Below, one piece after another: positions 38,704-48,473 of a DNA stretch of 64,000 nt. The notes below the pieces were generated by a model. The model made no database searches. It was not told the DNA's origin and saw nothing but the letters and a program-made list of their open reading frames with translations. This DNA comes from an uncultured Acidobacteriota bacterium. GTDB lineage: Bacteria; Acidobacteriota; JAQAZP01. The stretch lies in contig CAWIIB010000001.1 of the NCBI GenBank assembly GCA_963836075.1, positions 320,001 to 384,000 on the forward strand. The letters are read 5' to 3'. The stretch's first letter is position 1, and every line of letters starts with the position of its first letter. The position numbers were made by a program, and so were the translations under genes.

Positions 38704-39834
38704 TCATTCGCCGGAGCGCAGCAGCTGTCTGGCGATCAACCCCCGCTGAATCTCCGATGGGCCGCCGTAGATGGTGGTGACCCGGGCGTCCCGCCAGTAA
38801 CGGGAGGCCGGGTGCCGGTCCCGGCAGGCGCCGGTGCCGGCGTCGGCCAGGCTGGCCTCGGCGGCCCGTATTGCGGACTCTGAACAGAAGAGCTTGGCCA
38901 TGGAGGCTTCGCGCACCGGTGGGGGACCGCCCTGGTCCACCAGCCAGGCGGCCCGCAACATCATCAGGTTTGCCGCTTCCACCCCGGCGGCAGCGGCGGC
39001 CAGCGGCAGGCGGGCGTGCGGTTCGCCCGGTCGTTGCGCTGCATGCTCCAGGGCGCCGCGGCCGATTCCCACACTCTGTGCCGCCACCCCGATCCGTGAG
39101 GCCTGCAGCGCCTCCAGGGCCAGTTTCATCCCCGAGGTTTCGTCACCAAGCAGGCACGAACCGGGCACCGGGGTGTGTTGCAGGGTGAGCCCGGTGACCA
39201 TGGCGGAGCGGAGCCCAAGGGTGCGCTCCGCCGGACCGATGGACAGGCCGGGACTATCCGCGGCGACGATAAAGATCCCGGTGTCCGTGCCGCCCTCGCC
39301 GCGGTCAACCCGGGCCACCACCAGAAAAGAGGAGGCCAGCGTCCCGTTGGTCACCCAGGCCTTCTGCCCGGTCAGACGGTAGCCCGATCCCTCGGGACAG
39401 GCCGCGGCACTGATCCGTGAGGGGTCGGAACCGGCGTCGGGCTCGCTGAGAGCGAAGGCCCCCATCAGGCGGCCCGCCGCCGCCGGGGCGAGGAAGGTCC
39501 GTTTCTGCTCCTCGCTGCCGCAACGCTGCAGCGGCGCGCAGTAGACGAAATTGTTTACGTGCACGGTCACCGCGGTGGAGGGGCAGGCCCGGGCCAGCTC
39601 GCGGATGGCCAGGCAGGCGCTGACCGTGTCCAGCCCCCGGCCGCCGTATTCCCGGGGGACAGCGATACCCATCAGCCCCAGCCGGGCCAGCCGGGGCAGC
39701 AGGACGCGGGGAAAGCGGGACAGCGGCTCGCAGGCGTCGGCCGCCGGCCGGACCTCGCGCTGGGCAAACTCCCGGACCTCGTCGCGAAAGGCGGTCTGCT
39801 CGGCGGTGAGCTCCAGGTTCAATCGCGGCCTCAC
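38704..39834 (-). CDS. Divergent acyl-CoA dehydrogenase-like protein lacking the catalytic Glu
   Basis: FALSEPDAGSD, GQKAWVTNG, ASMAKLF and WRDARVTTIYGGPSEIQR. The GTG start overlaps the upstream stop. Confidence 0.8.
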   Translation of the reverse strand: MRPRLNLELTAEQTAFRDEVREFAQREVRPAADACEPLSRFPRVLLPRLARLGLMGIAVPREYGGRGLDTVSACLAIRELARACPSTAVTVHVNNFVYCAPLQRCGSEEQKRTFLAPAAAGRLMGAFALSEPDAGSDPSRISAAACPEGSGYRLTGQKAWVTNGTLASSFLVVARVDRGEGGTDTGIFIVAADSPGLSIGPAERTLGLRSAMVTGLTLQHTPVPGSCLLGDETSGMKLALEALQASRIGVAAQSVGIGRGALEHAAQRPGEPHARLPLAAAAAGVEAANLMMLRAAWLVDQGGPPPVREASMAKLFCSESAIRAAEASLADAGTGACRDRHPASRYWRDARVTTIYGGPSEIQRGLIARQLLRSGE

Positions 39835-40475
39835 TCCTTCTCCAGGTGATCGAGATACTCCTTGTCGATCAACTCCAGGAATTGCCGCAGCCGCTCCGGC
39901 CGCTCTTCCCCGCGGTACGCCTCGGCGATGATCACATGCTGCAGCTCGCCCACATCCACGTAGGTTTCGTGGGATTCCAGATCGCGGAAACAGCAGTGCC
40001 GGCTTTCTCCGCGGCGGCACCAGGTGATGTCCTTGAATCCGCAGGCCTCCAGTGCCCGGCCCAGCAGTTCCCGGTTCCAGAGGAAGCGGTGGCCCCAGCC
40101 GTGGAAGGCCCTGTTGATCCCCAGGGCCTTCATCCGCTTCTCCTCCTCGTCGAGATCCAGGCGGTAATGGGTGGCCCAGACCCACTCGAGGTTCGGGGTG
40201 GTGATGCGCAGCAGCCCGCGGGGACCGAGGACACGGCGCACCTCCACCAGAAAATGGACCGCCGGCTGCAGGGGCAAATGTTCGAGAAAATGCTCGGCGT
40301 AGACCGCGGCGGCGTCCCGGAAATGCAGGCCCCGGGTCACGTCGGCCACCAGGTCGATACCCGGCCCGTGGTTGCGGTCGATATTGACCCAGCCGGGCAG
40401 GGCCTTGTCCCCGGCGCCGATGTGCAGCAGCAGGCCCGGCCGGCGAAATTTTCTGCGCAGTCTGGAGATGAACAT
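39831..40475 (-). CDS. Class I SAM-dependent methyltransferase-domain protein (glycan-associated type)
   Basis: LHIGAG...PGWVNID, EHFLEHL and RRVL.P.G.LRITTP. Confidence 0.8.
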   Translation of the reverse strand: MFISRLRRKFRRPGLLLHIGAGDKALPGWVNIDRNHGPGIDLVADVTRGLHFRDAAAVYAEHFLEHLPLQPAVHFLVEVRRVLGPRGLLRITTPNLEWVWATHYRLDLDEEEKRMKALGINRAFHGWGHRFLWNRELLGRALEACGFKDITWCRRGESRHCCFRDLESHETYVDVGELQHVIIAEAYRGEERPERLRQFLELIDKEYLDHLEKE

Positions 40476-40688
40476 TGAGCCCCCGCCCCGCTGCCGATGA
40501 ACCGCTGTCAGAGGGTGGACCCTTTGTAGATGATTTCGGCTCAACTTTCAAATGGGTCCAACGTCCGGGTTCACTTGCCCGGGGCCGGTTCCAGCGGCCC
40601 GGACGATGTGCTACACTTCCCGGGCAGGGGCCGAGAAAACGGGCGACGATCACAAACTGCTCTATTCAGTAGACTTTTCAACACCACA

Positions 40689-41843
40689 ATGCGAATCGCC
40701 ATCGACATCAGGCCGTTCCTCAGCCAGAGCACCGGCGTCGGTGTGCTCTTTGAAAATCTGCTGACCCAGCTGGGCCGCCTGGACAGCATCACCGAGTACC
40801 TGCTCTTCTCCAGCTCATGGAGCCAGCGCCCCCCGCGCGGTCTGTTTGCCGGCTTTCCCAACTTTCTGGTGAGCGACCACCGCCTGCCGGTGCGCCTGCT
40901 CAACCGGTTGTGGCACAACCACCGCTTCCCGCCGCTGGAACTGCTGCTGGGCCGGGTGGATGTGGCCCACTCCCCCCACCCCCTGCTGCTCCCCAGCCGC
41001 CGTGCCCGCACGGTGGTGACGATCCACGACCTGCACTTCCTCGAGCACCCGGAGCAGGTCAGCGGTGAGATCCGCCGCGACTACCCCCGCCTGGTCCGCA
41101 GGAGCGCCGAGGAGGCCGACCTGATCCAGACCGTTTCGGGGTTCACCCGCGACGCCATCATCCGGCTGCTGGGGGTGGCGGAAAACAGGATCCGCATCGT
41201 CGGTCCCGGTGTCACCCCGCCGGAGAACTGTGCCGAACTGCGCCGCCGGCCGTTGCCCGGGCTTGCGGCCGGCGACTACCTGGCCTTTGTGGGCACCCTG
41301 GAACCGCGGAAGAACGTGCCTGCGCTGATCAGGGCCTACGCCAGGCTGGTGGAGGATCTGGGCGACGCCGCACCGGCCCGGTTGGCCCTGGCCGGCGGCG
41401 GCCGGCCGGAGTATGTGCGTACACTGCAGACGCTGGCCCGCGACCTGGGTGTGCTTCAGCGGACCTCCTTTCTCGGGTATTGTTCCCGGGACGACATCTG
41501 GCGCTTCTACGCCGGGGCCGCGGCCCTGGTGATCAGTTCGTCGGTGGAGGGCTTCTGCATCCCCCTGCTGGAAGCCATGGCCGCGGAGATCCCGGTGGTG
41601 GCCGTGGCCACGTCGGCGATCCCCGAGGTGGCCGGGGATGCGGCGCTGCTGGTGCCCGAGGGGGACGATGCGGCTCTTGCCGGGGCCCTGTCCACACTGC
41701 TCGACGACAGCTCGCTGCGCCGGCAGCTGGTTCGCCGCGGGCGGGACCGCTGCCGGCAGTTCACCTGGCAAGGATCCGCGGAAAAGCTGCTGGAACTCTA
41801 CCGGGAGCTGGGCGCAGCGGCAGAGGGAGGGACCGTCCGATGA
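40689..41843 (+). CDS. Glycosyltransferase family 4
   Basis: MRIAID, TGVG, VVTIHDL, VGTLEPRKN and EGFCIPLLEAMA. Confidence 0.92.
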   Translation: MRIAIDIRPFLSQSTGVGVLFENLLTQLGRLDSITEYLLFSSSWSQRPPRGLFAGFPNFLVSDHRLPVRLLNRLWHNHRFPPLELLLGRVDVAHSPHPLLLPSRRARTVVTIHDLHFLEHPEQVSGEIRRDYPRLVRRSAEEADLIQTVSGFTRDAIIRLLGVAENRIRIVGPGVTPPENCAELRRRPLPGLAAGDYLAFVGTLEPRKNVPALIRAYARLVEDLGDAAPARLALAGGGRPEYVRTLQTLARDLGVLQRTSFLGYCSRDDIWRFYAGAAALVISSSVEGFCIPLLEAMAAEIPVVAVATSAIPEVAGDAALLVPEGDDAALAGALSTLLDDSSLRRQLVRRGRDRCRQFTWQGSAEKLLELYRELGAAAEGGTVR

Positions 41844-42998
41844 AGCTCGCCGTCGACGCCAGGGAAGCAGCCGGCGCACCCACCGGTGTTGGCCGTTACC
41901 TGGTGAACCTGCTGCGCTGCTGGAACCGACCCTCAGGCCCGGATCAGGGCCACCGGATTACACTGTACATGGACGACCGGACCGGCGTCGCCGGAGCTCT
42001 TCTTTCCGGTGAGCGCCATCCGCCGCTGGCCCGAATTCGTTCCCGGCCGCGACACGCTGTGGCAGCAGGTCATCCTTCTCGCGGCGGCTCTTCCGGGACC
42101 GGCCCGATGTGGTCTTCTCCCCGGCCTACAGCCTGCCCTACCGCCGGCCCTGCCCGGCGGTGGTCACGGTGCACGACATCTCCTTCGAGGCGCACCCCGA
42201 ATGGTTTCCCCGGCGTCAGGCGATGCGGCGGCGCCAGACCTGCCGCCGGGCCTGCCGCTCGGCCCGGCTGGTGCTCACCATCTCCGAGTTTTCCAGAAAC
42301 GAGCTGATCAGCCGCTACCACCTTCCCGACGGACCGGGTGGTGACCGTACCCCTGGCCGCCGACCGCCGTTTCCGTCCCCAGGAGCATCCGGCGGCGCCC
42401 GGTCGGCTGCGCCGGCAGTACGGCATCAAGGGCCGCATGGTTCTTCACGCCGGCACCATCCTCAACCGGCGGATGATTCCCCTGTTGCTGGAAGCCTTTG
42501 CCCAGGTCCTGAAAGCAGACCCCGACCTGACCCTGGTCTTTGCCGGTGAAAACAGGAGCTGGCCGCCCATCGACCTGTTCGGTCTGGCCGCGCACCACGG
42601 CATCGACGACCGCATCGCGGCCCCGGGGTATGTCGAGCGACGACGATCTGGCGGCGCTGTACAACGCCGCGGCCCTCACCGTCTACCTCTCCGAGTACGA
42701 GGGCTTCGGCCTCCCCCCGCTGGAAGCCCTGGCCTCCGGGTGCCCGGTGATCACCACCGATGGCCACGCACTGCAGGAGAATTTCAACGGCCTGGCCTGC
42801 CTCTACCCGGGTCGCGAACCGGGAGCGCTGGCCCAGTGCATGCTCGACCAGCTGGCCCGCTCGGCGTCCGAAACGTGGGCCTCGAGACTGGAACGGAGCC
42901 GCCTGGCCGGTGAGCGCTTTTCCTGGGAGCGCACCGCGGACCGGACCTTGGCCCTGATCGCCGGGGCGGCCGGGCCCACTGAGAAGGGAGCGTGCTGA
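41840..42998 (+). CDS. Glycosyltransferase family 4, split by about four indels (probably sequencing errors)
   Basis: MKLAVDAR..TGVGRY, VVTVHDISF, GTILNRR and EGFGLPPLEALA are spread over ORFs 41480, 42009, 42109, 42338 and 42540. Confidence 0.8.
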
Positions 42999-44152
42999 GG
43001 GTCATGGGCAGAATCGGCATCGACGTGCGCAAGGCGGCCGATTTCGGCATCGGCCGTTACATCGAACGGCTGGTCCACGGCCTGGCCGGGCAGCCGCAGA
43101 CCGAACACACCTTCTTCCTCTTCGGCGGCCCCCGGGCCCTGGAGGTCTGCCGCGGCGCCGCCGGGGGCGACCCCCGGTTCACCATGGTCCCGCAGACCAG
43201 CAGGTCCTACTCCCTGGCCGAGCACTTCTCCCTGCCCCTGTCCCTCCGCCGGGCGGGGATTGACCTCTATCACAGCACTCACTACGTCCTGCCCCACGGC
43301 CCGCTGCCCCGCCGGGTGGTGACCTCGGTACACGATCTGATCCACCTGATCCTCCCCCGTTACCTGCCATCCCGGGCGGCGCTGCTCTACGCCCGGCACT
43401 TCATCGGCCGCGCCGCCCGCCGATCGGACGCGGTGATCACCGGTTCCGCGGCCACCCGCGACGACCTGCTGCGCCACTTTCCGGGGACCGCCCCGCAGAA
43501 GATCAGCATCATCCCCTACGGGGTGGATCACCGCTTCCGTCCGGCGGTCTCCGGGGAGGATCGTGCCGCGGACAGCGCGGAACTCCGCCGGCTGGGCATC
43601 GAAGGGCCCTATCTCCTCTTTGTGGGCAATTTCAAACCACACAAGAATCTCGCCGGCGTGCTGGAGGCCTTTGGCCGTTGCCAGGCCGCGAGAGAAGGGT
43701 GGGACCGCTCCCTGGTGCTGGTGGGCCGGGACCTCTCCTTCCAGCAGGGGCTGGTCCAGCACGCCTCCGGCCTGCGGCGCCCCGAGAAACTGGTGGCCCT
43801 GGGCCATCAGCCGGACAGCCTGCTGCCCGTGCTCTACCGCGGCGCCGACCTCTTCCTCTTCCCTTCGCTCTACGAGGGTTTCGGCCTGCCTCCGCTGGAG
43901 GCCCTGGCCTGCGGCGCCCCGGTGCTGGCCTCCCGCAGCGGAGCCCTGGGCGAAGTGCTGGGGGACGCCGCCGACTATTGCGATCCCGGCGATCCGGAGG
44001 ATATGGCCCGGGCCATTCTCCGTCTCGGCGATGACCCGCACACGGCGGAGCGAGCGGCGCACCGCGGACCTCAAAGGTCTGCCCTCTACCCCTGGTCCGA
44101 AACCGCGCGCCTGACCCTGGCCCTCTATGACCGGCTCCTGGGCCAGGGGTGA
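42992..44152 (+). CDS. Glycosyltransferase family 4
   Basis: IGIDVR..GIGRY, VHDLIH, VGNFKPHKN and EGFGLPPLEALACG. Confidence 0.92.
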   Translation: MLRVMGRIGIDVRKAADFGIGRYIERLVHGLAGQPQTEHTFFLFGGPRALEVCRGAAGGDPRFTMVPQTSRSYSLAEHFSLPLSLRRAGIDLYHSTHYVLPHGPLPRRVVTSVHDLIHLILPRYLPSRAALLYARHFIGRAARRSDAVITGSAATRDDLLRHFPGTAPQKISIIPYGVDHRFRPAVSGEDRAADSAELRRLGIEGPYLLFVGNFKPHKNLAGVLEAFGRCQAAREGWDRSLVLVGRDLSFQQGLVQHASGLRRPEKLVALGHQPDSLLPVLYRGADLFLFPSLYEGFGLPPLEALACGAPVLASRSGALGEVLGDAADYCDPGDPEDMARAILRLGDDPHTAERAAHRGPQRSALYPWSETARLTLALYDRLLGQG

Positions 44153-44212
44153 GCTGGCGCAGGCGGCCGCCCTTCGTTGATCGGTGCGGACCCGAACATA
44201 TAGAATGGCCGG

Positions 44213-45354
44213 ATGAAGATCGCCCTGGTCCACGACTGGCTCACCGGGTTTCGCGGCGGCGAGCGTGTGCTGCTCTCGCTCTGCCGCCTCTACCCCGAGC
44301 GCAGTGGTGCATCACCCTGGTGCACCGGCCGGGAAGCCAGCCGGAGGAGATCGAGCGGATGGAGATCCGCACCTCCTTTGTCCAGCGGTTGCCCCTGGCG
44401 CTCAGCAAATACCGCCACTACCTGCCGCTGATGCCCACGGCCATCGAGCGGTTCGACCTGCGGGGTTTCGACCTGGTGATCAGTTCCAGCCACTGTGTGG
44501 CCAAGGGGGTGCGGGTTCCGGACGGGGATACCCCACGTCTGCTACTGCCACACACCCATGCGCTACGTCTGGGACATGTACCAGGACTATTTCGGTCCGG
44601 GCCGCGCCGGCCCCCTGACCCGCCTGGTCATCCCCTTCGCCGCCCGCTACCTGCGGTCCTGGGACCGGTCCAGCAGCAGCCGGGTGGGCTGGTTCGTCGC
44701 CAACTCGGCTTACGTTGCCCGAGCGGATCCGCCGGCATTACGGCCGCAACGCCGAGGTGATCCACCCGCCGGCGGATGTGGAGACCTTCACTCCCGGCAA
44801 CAGCGCCCCCGGCAACTATTACCTGCTGGTCTCTGCCCTCTCGCCCTACAAACGCGTTGAACTGGCCATCGAGGCCTTCAACCGCTCCGGCGCCGAGCTG
44901 CGCATCATCGGCTTCGGCCCGGAGGAGCAGCACCTGCGCAGCCTGGCCGGCCCAACGGTGAAATTCCTCGGCACCCTGCCGCTGGACCAGCTGGTTGAGC
45001 AGTACCGCGGTTGCCGTGCCTTTGTCTACGCCGCGGTGGAGGATTTCGGCCTGGCCCTGGTGGAGGCCCAGGCCTGCGGCCGACCGGTGGTGGCCCTGGG
45101 CAAGGGAGGCGCCCTGGAAAGCGTGGTGGATGGAAAAACCGGCGTCCTCTTCCCCGAGCAAACCGCTGACGCTCTGCTGGCCGCTGTTGACAGGCTTGAG
45201 GGGTTGCAGTTAAATACCGACGAAATCAGGGAGAACGCCCTGCGCTTCTCACACCGCTCCTTCGAGCGGAAGATGGCTCAGTTCGTGGACCGGAGCCTGG
45301 ACAGCGGGGGGCAGGCGGAATCCGAAAGAGGGGAGCTGGACCAAGCGAAGATGA
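44213..45354 (+). CDS. Glycosyltransferase family 4 (WbaZ-like), split by indels; its last segment reads in frame into the next gene
   Basis: MKIALVHDWLTG.RGGERVL, DLVISSSHCVAKG, CYCHTPMRY.WD, YKRVELAIEAFN and EDFG...VEAQACG.PV. Confidence 0.82.
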
Positions 45355-46790
45355 TCAAGAGCAGAAACCGGCTCATCGCCCTGACCTATCTTGCCGGCGA
45401 CCTCGGGGCCACCCTGCTGGCCTATCTCTCTGCCTACGTCCTGCGGTTCTACCTCTTCCCGGTGCACAAGGGCGTTCCGGCCTTTTTGGAATACCTCAAG
45501 CTGGTCCCCTTTATCCTGCTCATCTGGCCGCTCTGTTTCTATCTCAACAGCCTCTACCGCCTGTCCCGGGGCCGGTCGCGGGTGGAAACCTTCCTGCTGA
45601 CCACGGTCAGTGTCGTGCTGGCCGGGGCGCTGCTGCTGCCCTTCGACCTCTTCTACCGCGTCTACTTCCTGCGGGTGGAAAACATCCAGTACCAGCACTC
45701 GCGGTTCGCCCTGGTGATCTTTCTGATCCTCGACGTGATCCTGGTCTTCGCCACCCGTCAGATTTTCCGTGGTTACCTGGAGTACATCCGCACCCGCGGG
45801 TACAACCTGATCCGGATCGTGGTGGCCGGGGCCGGCGTGGTGGGCCAGAACCTGGTGGACAAGATCTCCCAGCACAGCGAACTGGGCTACCGGGTGGAGG
45901 GCTTCATCGACGATGACCCGGAGAAGCAGTCGCTGGTCTACCACGGCGTTCCGGTGCTGGGCACCCTTGATCAGCTGGAGGATATCCTGCGCGAACGACA
46001 CGTGGACCAACACGTGGACCAGATCTACGTGGCCCTGCCCCTGACGGCCCACGACCGGATGCTGCAACTGTTCGGTGTGGCCCGGGAGCAGATGGTGGGG
46101 ATCAAGGTGGTCCCCGACCTGATGGAGTTCATCACCTTCCGGGCCGGCGTGGAGGACCTGGACGGCCTGCCCATCGTCGACCTCGACCGCTCGCCGCTGC
46201 ACGAGTTCCACTACCTGATCAAACGTTCGGTGGACGTGGTCTTCGCCCTGCTGGCCCTGGTGCTGCTCAGCCCGCTCTTCCTCCTGGCCGCCATCGGTAT
46301 ACGGCTCAGCTCCAAAGGGCCGGTTTTCTATTCCCAGGAACGGATGGGAATGGACGGCAAACCATTCGTGATGTACAAATTCCGAACCATGAACATCGAT
46401 GCCGAGTCGGCCACCGGCCCGGTGTGGGCCCGTGAGGACGACCCACGGCGCACCGCCATCGGCTCCTGGCTGCGACGCTTGAGTATCGATGAACTGCCCC
46501 AGTTTTACAACGTGCTCAAGGGCGACATGAGCGTGGTGGGGCCGCGTCCGGAGCGGCCCAATTTTGTCCAGGAATTCAAACGCAAGATCCCGCAGTACAT
46601 GCTGCGGCACAAGGTCAAGTCGGGCATCACCGGCTGGGCCCAGATCAACGGCTGGCGCGGCAACACGTCGGTGACCAAGCGTATCGAGTACGACCTCTAC
46701 TACATCGAGAACTGGTCGCTGGCCCTCGACTTCAAGATCATGTGGCTCACCATCTGGCGCGGCCTGTTCCCCCAGAAAAACGCCTACTGA
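45351..46790 (+). CDS. Undecaprenyl-phosphate sugar phosphotransferase (WcaJ/WbaP family)
   Basis: Four N-terminal TM helices, a Rossmann-like region, KRSVD, F.MYKFRTM, DDPR, SIDELPQ..NVLKGDMS.VGPRPE, GITGWAQ.NG and DLYYIENWS. Confidence 0.92.
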   Translation: MIKSRNRLIALTYLAGDLGATLLAYLSAYVLRFYLFPVHKGVPAFLEYLKLVPFILLIWPLCFYLNSLYRLSRGRSRVETFLLTTVSVVLAGALLLPFDLFYRVYFLRVENIQYQHSRFALVIFLILDVILVFATRQIFRGYLEYIRTRGYNLIRIVVAGAGVVGQNLVDKISQHSELGYRVEGFIDDDPEKQSLVYHGVPVLGTLDQLEDILRERHVDQHVDQIYVALPLTAHDRMLQLFGVAREQMVGIKVVPDLMEFITFRAGVEDLDGLPIVDLDRSPLHEFHYLIKRSVDVVFALLALVLLSPLFLLAAIGIRLSSKGPVFYSQERMGMDGKPFVMYKFRTMNIDAESATGPVWAREDDPRRTAIGSWLRRLSIDELPQFYNVLKGDMSVVGPRPERPNFVQEFKRKIPQYMLRHKVKSGITGWAQINGWRGNTSVTKRIEYDLYYIENWSLALDFKIMWLTIWRGLFPQKNAY

Positions 46791-46804
46791 CTGTATATGC
46801 AGTA

Positions 46805-46882
46805 CGGGCCATTGGTCTGTTGCTTCCGAGCGGCGTTGGAGCGCTTCGCGCCCGGAGCGAGGAGTGACAGACCAATGGCCCG
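46805..46882. repeat. Long intergenic inverted repeat (REPIN-like hairpin)
   Basis: Perfect 16-bp arms CGGGCCATTGGTCTGT (46805-46820) and ACAGACCAATGGCCCG (46867-46882). Confidence 0.75.
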
Positions 46883-46886
46883 ACAA

Positions 46887-46914
46887 TTGATCTTTACCGC
46901 GGTTGGTCTATAAT
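46887..46914 (+). promoter_or_regulatory. Putative sigma70 promoter
   Basis: TTGATC-16 nt-TATAAT upstream of the ATG at 46959. Confidence 0.55.
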
Positions 46915-46958
46915 GTTTTTTTCGTCAAAACACCTTGGCTAACAGGGAGAGGAATCTG

Positions 46959-47915
46959 ATGCAGATCGAAGGTAAAAAAATACTTATCACTGGCGGTTCC
47001 GGTTTCATCGGGTCCCATCTTTCCGAATATCTCCTGGACAAGGGTTGCCAGGTGATCGTACTGGACAACCTGAGCACCGGTGACATCGACAATGTGGCGC
47101 ATCTGATGAAGAACGAGAATTTCCTCTTCATCAAACATGACATTACCAACTATATCCATGTCCCCGGGGAACTGGATTTCATCCTGCACTTCGCCAGCCC
47201 GGCCAGCCCCATCGACTACCTCGAAATGCCGATCCAGACGATGAAGGTGGGGTCCCTGGGCACGCACAAGGCCCTGGGCCTGGCCAAGGAAAAAAAGGCC
47301 ACTCTCCTGCTGGCTTCCACTTCCGAAATTTATGGCGACCCGCTGATCCACCCCCAGAAGGAAGACTACTGGGGAAACGTGAACCCCATCGGGCCCCGCG
47401 GGGTGTATGACGAGGCCAAACGTTTCTCGGAAGCGCTGACCATGGCCTACCACCGCTATCATGGCGTCAATACCCGTATCGTGCGGATCTTCAACACCTT
47501 CGGCCCGAGAATGCGGATCAACGACGGCCGGGCGGTGCCCACCTTTGCCGCCCAGGCCCTGCGTGACGAGGACGTCACCGTCTTCGGCAAGGGCGACCAG
47601 ACCCGCAGCTTCTGTTACATCAGTGACCTGGTGGAAGGGATCTGCCGGCTGCTGGTTTCCGACCGAGTGGAGCCGATGAATATCGGCAACCCGCGGGAGA
47701 TGACCGTACTGCAGATCGCCGAACAGATCATCGCCCAGACCAACAGCAAGAGCCGGATCATCTTCAAGGACCTGCCGGAGGACGACCCGAAGACCAGGCA
47801 GCCGGATATCACCGAAGCCAGGCGGGTTTTGAACTGGGAGCCGGTGGTGGGGCTGGAGGACGGCCTGCACCGGACCATCGAGTATTTCAAGGAAAAGCTG
47901 GGTGTGAAGGACTGA
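46959..47915 (+). CDS. UDP-glucuronate decarboxylase (UDP-xylose synthase-like extended SDR)
   Basis: [45 protein letters not shown] and [13 protein letters not shown]. Confidence 0.9.
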   Translation: MQIEGKKILITGGSGFIGSHLSEYLLDKGCQVIVLDNLSTGDIDNVAHLMKNENFLFIKHDITNYIHVPGELDFILHFASPASPIDYLEMPIQTMKVGSLGTHKALGLAKEKKATLLLASTSEIYGDPLIHPQKEDYWGNVNPIGPRGVYDEAKRFSEALTMAYHRYHGVNTRIVRIFNTFGPRMRINDGRAVPTFAAQALRDEDVTVFGKGDQTRSFCYISDLVEGICRLLVSDRVEPMNIGNPREMTVLQIAEQIIAQTNSKSRIIFKDLPEDDPKTRQPDITEARRVLNWEPVVGLEDGLHRTIEYFKEKLGVKD

Positions 47916-47926
47916 CGGCCCGTCCC

Positions 47927-48424
47927 CTATTTCTCCGCCGCTGCCGCCTGCCGCGCCGCCAGGGCATCGGCCAGTTCGGGAAACTCGCCGTATTCCGCCT
48001 CCGGTGGAAGCAGCTCGAGGTCCACGGTCAGGCCGTCCAGGGAGCCGGGCACGAACCCCGGTACCTCGACAATGATTTCCGCCGAGCGGTTGGTGACGAT
48101 ATCGCTTACATCAAGGGTCAGACGCCGGGTCTCCAGCGCCTCCTCCTCGTTCCCCGGGCCGAAACGGCGCAGCCGCACTGTCAACTGCCCCAGGGTGACA
48201 TCGGAGTCATTGATCACAAAGATGGAGAGCAGCGTGCCCACCGTCTCGTCCCACTGCCCGCGCTTCTCGGTGAACCCCTTCAGCTCCACCGCGTAGTCGG
48301 CTCTGGCGGCCAGCACTTCCAGCACCGGGTCCTGCTCTCCCGAACAGTTTAACCCGGCGGCGGCCGCCGCCAGTACCAGCATCATCAACACCGACCGGCG
48401 GCACCTCGTCATACGGATTTTCAT
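47927..48424 (-). CDS. Hypothetical lipoprotein downstream of the MCE gene
   Basis: Basic N-terminus, hydrophobic stretch and a lipobox-like GLN-C; beta-rich mature domain. Confidence 0.65.
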   Translation of the reverse strand: MKIRMTRCRRSVLMMLVLAAAAAGLNCSGEQDPVLEVLAARADYAVELKGFTEKRGQWDETVGTLLSIFVINDSDVTLGQLTVRLRRFGPGNEEEALETRRLTLDVSDIVTNRSAEIIVEVPGFVPGSLDGLTVDLELLPPEAEYGEFPELADALAARQAAAAEK

Positions 48425-48473
48425 CTGCAACCGAACCTCCTGGTGAAGCGGCGGGGCCGGCCCCGTCAGCGCA

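Noticed and set aside
38704-40653. 649-aa methyltransferase-ACAD fusion suggested by the ORF track
   Set aside because: The upstream part is an off-frame reading. The methyltransferase has its own stop overlapping the ACAD GTG.
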